Shown here: positions 52,277 to 60,025 of the stretch, piece by piece
How the letters are laid out: every line of letters begins with the position of its first letter
Position numbering within the stretch: position 1 is the first letter of the stretch
Source: an uncultured Bifidobacterium sp.
Lineage (GTDB): Bacteria; Bacteroidota; Bacteroidia; UKL13-3
Direction of reading: 5' to 3'
Assembly (NCBI GenBank): GCA_964442045.1
Contig: CAYTWI010000002.1
Span: 26,509-90,508 of the forward strand
DNA length: 64,000 bases
Made by a program: the position numbers and the translations under genes
Notes under the pieces: model-generated
Database searches by the model: none
Told to the model about the DNA's origin: nothing
What the model saw: only the letters and a program-made list of their open reading frames with translations

Positions 52277-52389
52277 ATTTATAGCACAAGGGTAAGCAAA
52301 GCTTACTAAGGTGTGCTATTAATAATAATGCATCCTTTGCGTATGCAAAAGGCATTCATTGTTAGGTTCACCAAACAGGAAAAAGTATT

Positions 52390-52406
52390 AATCCGATATC
52401 CTCCAC
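52390..52406 (+). mobile_element. att-like direct repeat of the tRNA-Ala 3' end
   Basis: AATCCGATATCCTCCAC identical to 52224-52240. Confidence 0.75.
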
Positions 52407-52410
52407 ACTC

Positions 52411-52440
52411 AAAGGTTTCAATAGTACTATTGAAACCTTT
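52411..52440. terminator. Perfect 30-bp palindrome following the att-like repeat
   Basis: AAAGGTTTCAATAGTACTATTGAAACCTTT followed by a T-run. Confidence 0.65.
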
Positions 52441-52583
52441 TTTATTTTATGCTTAATAAGTTGGGTAGTTTGATGACTTATAAAATATTAATACATTGCA
52501 ATATGAAATATATCCACTTAGTTGTGGCACAAATCCATCATATTTTAGGTAGATATGTGCCATTTTATGACACATATATGTAG

Positions 52584-52591
52584 GTTAGGTG
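52584..52591 (+). mobile_element. Integron-like core site (GTTRRRY)
   Basis: GTTAGGTG, 24 bp upstream of the first cassette ATG; reverse complement of CACCTAAC at 56009-56016. Confidence 0.55.
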
Positions 52592-52615
52592 TAAGCAAAA
52601 ATACAAACTGAAAGA

Positions 52616-53524
52616 ATGAATAAGAAATTAAAATGCTATATCTCGACTGACTCTAGTAACGACTTATCAAAAGTTGAAATTTTACTACATAACTTAAATG
52701 TTGACACGAATAATTTCTATGATTTTTCAATAGGTTCGTCTTTTTCAGATTTGATTAAGCGAAAAATTAGAGAATCGGATTTTATACTAGCCTTAATCAC
52801 AAAAAATAATCAAAATGTTTTGTTTGAACTAGGAGTCGCAGAAGCGCTTGGCAAACCAATTTTTTTATTGGTAGATCAAGATTTAAAACTCCCCTTTTTT
52901 CTCGAAGGTAAAATGCATTATCAATTGGATTGGTCAAAAAACACACAACTGTTGGAACTCTCTCTGAAAAATTACATATTAGATATTAGTAATCCCTATA
53001 GACGTTATAAGAAAAAAACGCAAAAAGAAAAACCGAATCTTACAATCGATGAGACGAATAAGGCGCTTGTTAGTCTAAGACAATTTAGGAAAGGTGATTA
53101 TAAAGAATATGATTTAATTAATGTTATAATGGATGTTTTTAAAAAGATAAACGTTCAAGCTGTTTCGGAATTGGCCATAGGAGACAAATCAAGAGTAGAT
53201 ATCGCAATTACAAATGAAGGTTTATCAAGTTACTTTGGAAATCCTTTGCTAATAGAGGTTAAGTATGGAAGAATAGATAAGGAAACAATTGATAGAGCTC
53301 AACAACAACTTCAAAATTACATAAGTAAAACAGATGCTAATTTTGGAATTTTGCTCTATTTCGACAAAAATGATAGACGATTTAATTTAGACACTCCCAG
53401 ATTACCAAACATATTAATGTTTGACGTTGAAGACTTTGTTCAAGGTATTTCATCTGAGGGGTTTGAAAATTTCTTAATAAAAAAGAGAAATGAGTATGTA
53501 CATACTTTAAATAATCTAAGTTAG
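52616..53524 (+). CDS. NDT/TIR-like domain fused to PD-(D/E)xK restriction-endonuclease-like domain
   Basis: N-term IRESDFILALIT..NQNVLFELGVAEALGKPIFLL; C-term SRVDIAI...LLIEVKYG...AQQQLQNY...FGILLY. Confidence 0.75.
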   Translation: MNKKLKCYISTDSSNDLSKVEILLHNLNVDTNNFYDFSIGSSFSDLIKRKIRESDFILALITKNNQNVLFELGVAEALGKPIFLLVDQDLKLPFFLEGKMHYQLDWSKNTQLLELSLKNYILDISNPYRRYKKKTQKEKPNLTIDETNKALVSLRQFRKGDYKEYDLINVIMDVFKKINVQAVSELAIGDKSRVDIAITNEGLSSYFGNPLLIEVKYGRIDKETIDRAQQQLQNYISKTDANFGILLYFDKNDRRFNLDTPRLPNILMFDVEDFVQGISSEGFENFLIKKRNEYVHTLNNLS

Positions 53525-53525
53525 T

Positions 53526-54059
53526 ATGCCTAAATATAGCCAAACAAAAATAAGGCAGCTACTAAATCAATCTGATGCTGGAAATACTCATGTGAAAGGA
53601 AGAGTTTTTGAAGATTTAGTACTTTATTTATTTGAAAAATTCAATGGTGTTCGTTTAGCAGATAGAAATGTATTAGATGCAACAGGTTCTCAAGAAATAG
53701 ATTTAGCGCTTTGGAACAATAGGGTTATTGGGCCATTTGATATCCTTGACCCAATAGTAATTTGCGAATGTAAAAATGAAGTTCCCCCTTTAAGTAGCGC
53801 AAAAGTCCGTGAATTTGTACATAAGTTAAGGACAAGGGGGGCGAAATCAGGAATCCTTGTGTCATCTAGCGGTATTGCTGGTCAATTAAATGGTTACAGA
53901 TATGCAAACTCTGTAATAATGGATGCTTTGTCCATTGATGGTATTAAAATAATTGCTATCGATAGAGACGACATTTTATCATACGCGAACACTAATGATA
54001 TGTTTAATGATATTACAGAAAAATATTTGAAATTGACAATTAGAAGAACGATGGATTAA
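53526..54059 (+). CDS. Mrr-like (type IV-like) restriction endonuclease domain protein
   Basis: KGRVFEDLV, QEIDLAL, ICECKN, KVREF..KL, GILVSSSG. Confidence 0.8.
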   Translation: MPKYSQTKIRQLLNQSDAGNTHVKGRVFEDLVLYLFEKFNGVRLADRNVLDATGSQEIDLALWNNRVIGPFDILDPIVICECKNEVPPLSSAKVREFVHKLRTRGAKSGILVSSSGIAGQLNGYRYANSVIMDALSIDGIKIIAIDRDDILSYANTNDMFNDITEKYLKLTIRRTMD

Positions 54060-54089
54060 GCTATTTCATGACAAATTAAGAACAAAAAT

Positions 54090-56000
54090 ATGAGCACAAA
54101 ACAAATAGCACTTTTTGATGATAGATTTTTAGAATCATTTGTTGGAAAAGGAATTATCTCCGATTCTAAAATTGCAATCATTGAGCTAATAGCAAACTCA
54201 TGGGATGCTGCAGCAACAAAGGTTGAAATAAAGTGGCCATTAGAAGACGGGGACAATTTTTCAATTATTGACAATGGTCACGGAATGACCGAATCACAAT
54301 TTAATAAAAGATTTCGAACTTTAGCTTATGATAGAAACAAAGAGCAGGGTGGATATGCAGAGGTACCACAAGACCACAAATCACTAATTGGGAAAAGACC
54401 AACTTTCGGTAGAAATGGTAAAGGTAGATTATCTGGTTTTGCTTTCGGGGAATTTTTCCAAGTGAAAAGCTGGAGAGATACAAAGCAAATACATTATAAA
54501 GTATTTGCTGACAATACTAATATCTTAGCGTTTGAAAAATTAGGTGAAGAAAAAAAGGAACATCACGGAACAGAAATATTCGTTAATAATGCAATCAAAC
54601 CAAGTACTAGTTTTGATCAAATAAAAATTGAAATTGGAATGCGATTTATGACGGATCCTCATTTTGAAGTAATCGTTAACAATGAAAAAATTACATTTTT
54701 GGACATACCAGAAGAAAATATCAATAACATCGAAGTTGAAATTGATGGCATTGGAAAAATACCTATTACAGTAATTGATGTTAAAGGAACAGATAAGACA
54801 ACTCATCAACATGGTATTGCTTGGCATGTAAAAAACAGACTCGTTGGCGAATGTACTTGGAAAGGTAGTGGAAACGAACATTTGATTGATGGTAGAAGAA
54901 TTGCCGCAAAACGATATATTTTTATAGTAAAAGCAGACTGTTTAGAAAATGCTGTTTCTCCGGATTGGACAACATTTTTTCAAACAGACGAAAAATTCAA
55001 GAAGGTATTTCCTGCAGTTCAAGAAAAAATCAAAGATTATATTTTAGAACTTTACAAGGAAAATAGAGAAACAACATTTAAAGAAATTGAGGAAATTACC
55101 AAACCGATATTGAAAAACATTGGACTTGTTGGTCGAGAGAAATGGGAAACATTTATAACCAATGTTCAAGAAGAATGTCCTTCAATTACTCAAAATGATT
55201 TAGAAAAGGTTGCTAAACTTTTAGCTAATCTTGAACAAAGCGAATCAAAATATAACCTAATTGCCATATTGTCTAATTCAACATCAGAGGAATTAGAAAG
55301 TTTGAATACTGTTTTAAAAAAATGGAATATAAATTTAGCAAAAGTTGTACTTGACGAGGTAGAATATAGAATGAGACTAATTGAAAAATTACAAAGTAGA
55401 GTACTGACTAATTTAACAGACGAAGTTCATGATTTACAACCTTTATTTCACAGAGGTTTATGGATATTTGGTCCTGAGTATGAAACAATCGAATACACAT
55501 CAAATGTTGGTATGACAAAGGTTATACAAGATTTATTTGGAAAAGAAATAAAGGGTACGCGTATAAGACCTGACTTTGCAATCTTGAAAGATAGTTCGGT
55601 TGGTCTTTACAGTTTTCCAAAATATGATGACGAAGGAGGGGAAATAGGAATTGATAGGCTAACAATTGTTGAGCTTAAAAAGCCAGGAGTGCCGCTTGGA
55701 CTTGATGAGGTAAATCAATCCTGGAAATATGTTAGTGAATTATTAAATAAGGGATTAATTAAAAACTATTCTAAGGTGACATGTTTTGTTTTAGGTTCTG
55801 AGCTAGTGCCTTATGAAACGGAGAAGACAACGAAAATGAATGGCAATGTTATTATTCAGCCACTAGCCTACGATACCATTATGAGACGTGCAAAGAGCCG
55901 CCTTCTAAACTTGTTTGACAAGGTTAAGACTGCGCCATACTTAGAAGACACAAGAATTAAAGAATATTTGCGTGAAAAGGAACAGTCAGAATTATTTTAA
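54090..56000 (+). CDS. GHKL (HATPase_c/MORC-like) ATPase fused to C-terminal PD-(D/E)xK nuclease (Shedu/DUF4263-like)
   Basis: AIIELIANSWDA, DNGHGM, GRNGKGR, HGTEI; C-term LQPLFHRGLWIFGPEY, RPDF, IVELKKP, NQSWKY. Confidence 0.8.
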   Translation: MSTKQIALFDDRFLESFVGKGIISDSKIAIIELIANSWDAAATKVEIKWPLEDGDNFSIIDNGHGMTESQFNKRFRTLAYDRNKEQGGYAEVPQDHKSLIGKRPTFGRNGKGRLSGFAFGEFFQVKSWRDTKQIHYKVFADNTNILAFEKLGEEKKEHHGTEIFVNNAIKPSTSFDQIKIEIGMRFMTDPHFEVIVNNEKITFLDIPEENINNIEVEIDGIGKIPITVIDVKGTDKTTHQHGIAWHVKNRLVGECTWKGSGNEHLIDGRRIAAKRYIFIVKADCLENAVSPDWTTFFQTDEKFKKVFPAVQEKIKDYILELYKENRETTFKEIEEITKPILKNIGLVGREKWETFITNVQEECPSITQNDLEKVAKLLANLEQSESKYNLIAILSNSTSEELESLNTVLKKWNINLAKVVLDEVEYRMRLIEKLQSRVLTNLTDEVHDLQPLFHRGLWIFGPEYETIEYTSNVGMTKVIQDLFGKEIKGTRIRPDFAILKDSSVGLYSFPKYDDEGGEIGIDRLTIVELKKPGVPLGLDEVNQSWKYVSELLNKGLIKNYSKVTCFVLGSELVPYETEKTTKMNGNVIIQPLAYDTIMRRAKSRLLNLFDKVKTAPYLEDTRIKEYLREKEQSELF

Positions 56001-56003
56001 TTT

Positions 56004-56064
56004 GCCAGCACCTAACAGCAACTACAAGAAATTGGCGCTTCAGTGGTTAAATGAAGTTTTGTGC
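56004..56064 (+). mobile_element. Truncated attC-like site (inverse core RYYYAAC plus left arm)
   Basis: GCCAGCACCTAACAGCAACTACAAGAAATTGGCG...GTGGTTAAATGAAGTTTTGTGC starting 4 bp after the stop codon; complementary right arm not found. Confidence 0.55.
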
Positions 56065-56097
56065 CTTATACCCACCCTTCTCAAGCCTCACACAAAC

Positions 56098-56129
56098 AAA
56101 AAGCCCTTGTAGTACTACAAGGGCTTTTT
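56098..56129. terminator. Perfect 32-bp palindrome / bidirectional terminator
   Basis: AAAAAGCCCTTGTAGTACTACAAGGGCTTTTT between convergent genes. Confidence 0.75.
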
Positions 56130-56156
56130 TGTTAATTAATTACTACAATCATATTC

Positions 56157-56858
56157 TTAAGGTGTAACAGGCGGTTCTTCCGAAGGACTTGGGTTCTCGT
56201 TATCAACCTCCAACAAACTAAAGTTAAAGTAACTGTTAAAAGCAGCTTCGTTACCTATGGTACGGGCAGCTATAAGCAGTACACAAGTGGTTAAATGCTC
56301 GGTTAATGCTTTTCGGTTTTGTTGCATTTCGGTTTGTGCCGTTTTTTTGCTGGATTTAGATGATACCTGTGTATCCCTTGCATCTACATAAGCGGTTTGT
56401 AATGTACCCAAAGTGCGCACAAAGTCGGTTGATAAGAGGGCTTTGTATTTGTCGGCAGTGGCACTGTACCTGAATAGCAATACTTTTATGCCCTCTACCG
56501 TAGCACCATAATACTCCCGGAGCCCCTGCGGGTAAAACTCGATGTAAATGGGTGTGTTTTTACCAAACTTAGATTTAATGGCACCTTCTTCGCGCGAAAT
56601 AAATTCTAAAATGGCATCGTAAGCATCTTGTCGGCTAAGGGTACCACCCTTTTGTATGGCACTGCTAATGGCCAGCGTACCAAAGGTGTTTACAAAGGCC
56701 TCGTGTAAATCAATCAGCAGCGTTTTATCGGCTGCGGGTAATAAGGAGTTTTGCATGCTGCTTAATCGGCTAATTAAGTCGGTAGCAAACAGGTTGAGTT
56801 CGTTTCGGCTAAAGTTGTTACTGCCGAATAAATTTCTGGTGAATCGTGCGTAATTCAT
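56157..56858 (-). CDS. Hypothetical protein (predicted helical)
   Basis: 233-aa ORF, visibly more GC-rich than neighbours; C-terminal YFNFSLL plus an acidic/Pro tail. Confidence 0.75.
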   Translation of the reverse strand: MNYARFTRNLFGSNNFSRNELNLFATDLISRLSSMQNSLLPAADKTLLIDLHEAFVNTFGTLAISSAIQKGGTLSRQDAYDAILEFISREEGAIKSKFGKNTPIYIEFYPQGLREYYGATVEGIKVLLFRYSATADKYKALLSTDFVRTLGTLQTAYVDARDTQVSSKSSKKTAQTEMQQNRKALTEHLTTCVLLIAARTIGNEAAFNSYFNFSLLEVDNENPSPSEEPPVTP

Positions 56859-56894
56859 ATCGGTAAGTTTTTTAGTAACTAAACGTAGGCTGAA

Positions 56895-57188
56895 TTATTT
56901 TTAGTATACCCTAAAAACAGAAAGTGCATGTAAAAATTATTTTACATACTCCCTCAAAAATGAGGGCGTATATAAAAACTATTTTTAGTACACCATAGAA
57001 AATGAGGGACTATGAAAAAACTATTTTACCTACTCCCTCAAAAACGAGGGAGTATATAAAAACTATTTTTAGTACACCCTAAAAATTAGAGGTGCATATA
57101 AAACATGTTTTGGGTACATGTTAGAAACTGAACATATAGTTAAAACATGTTTTTGGTATAGTCCCAAAATGCGGAATGCCGGTAAAAA
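56895..57188. repeat. Array of 7 x 42-bp imperfect palindromic units
   Basis: Units start at 56895, 56937, 56979, 57021, 57063, 57105, 57147; units 2 and 4 share 38/42 nt; stops in all six frames. Confidence 0.85.
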
Positions 57189-57252
57189 ATGGTAATTTAT
57201 AAGTATAGCCTTATTTACAAAGACCTTCAATTTATAGGGCCTGTATTGTATA

Positions 57253-57714
57253 CTATTTATGTAAAACACCGGAAATCATCTTTTTCAGGCTTTCAGGTTG
57301 TATTTTATCAAGGTGCTGTTTTATATAGCGTTCATCCTCTATAATATTTTCACTATATCCTAAAAATTGAGGACAGTTTTTTTGTACCGAAAGTCTTATA
57401 AAACGAATTTCTATATTGTCTTTTTCATTGCTTACAGCTTGCTCTATATTGGCTTTTCCTGTATTAAATGTTTTTAACTTAGCAATAGGACTTATGGTAT
57501 GTTTGGCCCAAATGGTTTGTAAGCCCCCCAAATAAGCCATTTCAATGTTATTTAGTTTTGATTTTGTCAAAACGCTTATCATGGTATTGCATACTTCTTT
57601 ATGGGTAACTGCCTGCTCATAATGAGTTCTTATATAGTTCAGATCAATATTTACCTGACTGCTTTTAAATGCGCATAATATATACAAGCTCAATATCAGT
57701 AAAAACCTCTTCAT
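57253..57714 (-). CDS. Secreted hypothetical protein downstream of crtB
   Basis: Signal peptide, AYLGGLQTIWAKH..SPIAKL..F..GK, EIRFIRLSVQ; overlaps the crtB stop by 4 bp. Confidence 0.7.
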   Translation of the reverse strand: MKRFLLILSLYILCAFKSSQVNIDLNYIRTHYEQAVTHKEVCNTMISVLTKSKLNNIEMAYLGGLQTIWAKHTISPIAKLKTFNTGKANIEQAVSNEKDNIEIRFIRLSVQKNCPQFLGYSENIIEDERYIKQHLDKIQPESLKKMISGVLHK

Positions 57715-58547
57715 AATACGGCAAACTTATATCTAATATAGCTTAAAACCATAACCGAAAACTTTTGAGTATTGGGTATGCGTATTCGGTTTTGCAACAC
57801 ACGCTCCAGCGGAGTTGATTTTATTTTTTTGAACAGGAACCTGTAGTATGTATATGCCAGGTAAACACCAAACTTTGAGGAGCTTGGCAGTGTTTGAATA
57901 CCTACTAAAGCTTCTTTAAATTCATTGTCTATTTCATTTTCTATATTGCACTTGGCTGTATTATCAAGCTGGCGGAAATCAATATTGGGGAAATAGGTAC
58001 GTCCTAGTGTTTGATAATCGTCTTTTAAATCGCGTAAGAAATTTACTTTTTGAAAAGCCGAACCTAATTTCATAGCATAAGGCTTTAGTCTTTCGTACTC
58101 AGCTTTGTTTCCATCGGTAAAAACCTGCAAACACATTAAACCAACTACCTCTGCCGAACCATATATGTATTCATTGTACAATTCGGAGGTATAATCAATT
58201 TTATTTAAGTCCATTTCCATACTATGCAGAAACTGGTCTATCAATGTTGTATCAATATTGTATTTATGCACAGTTTCCTGAAAGGCGTGTAAAATAGGGT
58301 TTAGCGATATGCGTTCTGTTAAGGCTTGGTTTGTTTCTGTTTTAAACCTACTTAACAAGGTAGCTTTATCGTAACCGTGGAAACTATCCACTATTTCATC
58401 GGCCAGTCTTACATAGCCGTAAATAGCATATATAGCAGGCCTTATGGTATTATTTAATGCCAATATACCCAGAGAAAAACTGGTACTGTACTTTTTTGTT
58501 GTTGCTTTGCTTATTTCGTAAGCGAGTTCATCAAATAACTTTTTCAT
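57711..58547 (-). CDS. crtB: Phytoene synthase
   Basis: YSTSFSLG, YGYVRLADEIVDS, YIYGSAEVVGLM, LGSAFQKVNFLRD. Confidence 0.95.
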   Translation of the reverse strand: MKKLFDELAYEISKATTKKYSTSFSLGILALNNTIRPAIYAIYGYVRLADEIVDSFHGYDKATLLSRFKTETNQALTERISLNPILHAFQETVHKYNIDTTLIDQFLHSMEMDLNKIDYTSELYNEYIYGSAEVVGLMCLQVFTDGNKAEYERLKPYAMKLGSAFQKVNFLRDLKDDYQTLGRTYFPNIDFRQLDNTAKCNIENEIDNEFKEALVGIQTLPSSSKFGVYLAYTYYRFLFKKIKSTPLERVLQNRIRIPNTQKFSVMVLSYIRYKFAVL

Positions 58548-58558
58548 AGATATCAGAT

Positions 58559-60025
58559 TTAATTTTTATTTACTTCATTGGCCACTATTTTACCCGAGAT
58601 GATGGATGGAGGTACACCCGGCCCGGGTACAGTTAACTGACCTGTATAAAAAATATTGTTAATTTTTTGGTTCTTTATTTTGGGTTTCAATACGGCTGTT
58701 TGAGCAAGTGTATTGGCAAGTCCGTATGCATTGCCTCCGTATGCATTATAATCCTTCATAAAATCGGAAACGCAATAGCTTCGTTTGTATTCAATTTTCG
58801 ATGATAGATTTTCTGTTTTGGTTAATTGCTCTAAACGCTCAAGCATTTGTTTTAAATACTTTTCACGTATTTCTTCTTCATCATTAATTCCAATAGCCAA
58901 AGGCATCAGCAAAAAAATATTTTCGCCATAAGCCGGAGCAACATGGGGGTCTGTTTTGGAAGGGCAACAACTATAAAACAATGGATTTTCGGGCCATTCC
59001 TTATTGGTATAAATAGCGTCAATATGTTCGTCTAAATTGTTTTCAAAAAACAGGGTATGGTGTTTCAGATTTGGTATTTTTTCTTTAAAACCTAAGTAGT
59101 ATATAAGACACGATGGGGCAAAGGTTTTCTTTTTCCAATATGCTTCATTATAATTCCTGTATTGGTCTTCCAGTAAACTTTCTGTGTGGTGATAATCAGA
59201 TGAAGCAATTATTGCATCAAAATATTGCTGTTCGCCATTAATTTGAAGGGAGCTCACTTGATTGTTCTCTACATTTATTTTCTCAACTGTTTTATTAAAA
59301 TGGAAAGTAGCACCTTGCTGCTCTGCCACTTTTTGCATAGCCAATACCAACTGATAAAATCCACCCATGGGGTAATGAGTACCCAATGCATAGCCGCCAT
59401 AATTCATTAAACTGTATAAAGCAGGAATATTTTTGGGTGAAGCACCCAGAAAAATAACAGGAAACTCCATGAGTGTACGCAATTTTTCATCGGAAAAATA
59501 CTTTGCCACATAGCTCCTGAAATTGCTTAGTAAGTCTAATTGCAAAGCGTTTTTTAAAGTTTTAAGCGAAGCAAATTCCATCCAGCTATGGCAAGGTTTA
59601 TTCACAAAATCGCCCATCCCTACTTTGTATTTAAACTGAGCCGCCTGCATAAATTCGTCTAATTTATTTCCTGCCCCGGTTTCTATACTTTCAAAAAGTT
59701 GTTTTAACTCCTGGTAAGACTCCGGTATAGCCAGCTTCTCCTCTTTAAATATCATTTCAAACTGTGGGTTCAGCGAAACCAGTTCAAAAAAATCGGAAGT
59801 TTTATAACCAAAATCCGAAAAGAAAGCTTCCATTACGTCAGGCATCCAATACCAGCTTGGCCCCATATCAAACACATAACCTTGTTCAGTAACAAACTGC
59901 CTGGCCCTGCCTCCTGGTTGCGGGTGCTTTTCAAACACGTGCACTTCATGACCCTGTCTGGCTGCATAGGCAGCTGCAGACAATCCTGAAAATCCTGAAC
60001 CTATTATGGCTATTTTCTTTTTCAA
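58559..60025 (-). CDS. crtI: Phytoene desaturase
   Basis: IIGSGFSGLSAA FAD motif, FDMGPSWYWMP, GQLTVPGPGVPPSIISG; TTG start. Confidence 0.93.
   Translation of the reverse strand: MKKKIAIIGSGFSGLSAAAYAARQGHEVHVFEKHPQPGGRARQFVTEQGYVFDMGPSWYWMPDVMEAFFSDFGYKTSDFFELVSLNPQFEMIFKEEKLAIPESYQELKQLFESIETGAGNKLDEFMQAAQFKYKVGMGDFVNKPCHSWMEFASLKTLKNALQLDLLSNFRSYVAKYFSDEKLRTLMEFPVIFLGASPKNIPALYSLMNYGGYALGTHYPMGGFYQLVLAMQKVAEQQGATFHFNKTVEKINVENNQVSSLQINGEQQYFDAIIASSDYHHTESLLEDQYRNYNEAYWKKKTFAPSCLIYYLGFKEKIPNLKHHTLFFENNLDEHIDAIYTNKEWPENPLFYSCCPSKTDPHVAPAYGENIFLLMPLAIGINDEEEIREKYLKQMLERLEQLTKTENLSSKIEYKRSYCVSDFMKDYNAYGGNAYGLANTLAQTAVLKPKIKNQKINNIFYTGQLTVPGPGVPPSIISGKIVANEVNKN

Noticed and set aside
52361-52367. 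Second GTTAGGT (GTTRRRY) inside the tRNA vestige
   Set aside because: A 7-mer with no matching inverse core or ORF behind it; compatible with chance
54056-54881. Short antisense ORFs within the nuclease operon and other housekeeping genes
   Set aside because: They overlap well-supported genes on the opposite strand and carry no recognisable motifs
56895-57188. 42-bp array as a CRISPR array
   Set aside because: Contiguous tandem units with no unique spacers, and no cas genes in the window
52441-57250. Prophage, ICE or IS as carrier of the accessory block
   Set aside because: No integrase, transposase, relaxase or phage structural gene is recognisable in the window
57069-57269. 66-aa minus-strand ORF over array units 5-7
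   Set aside because: It overlaps the upstream gene's end, stops inside the array and has no motif; probably a chance ORF
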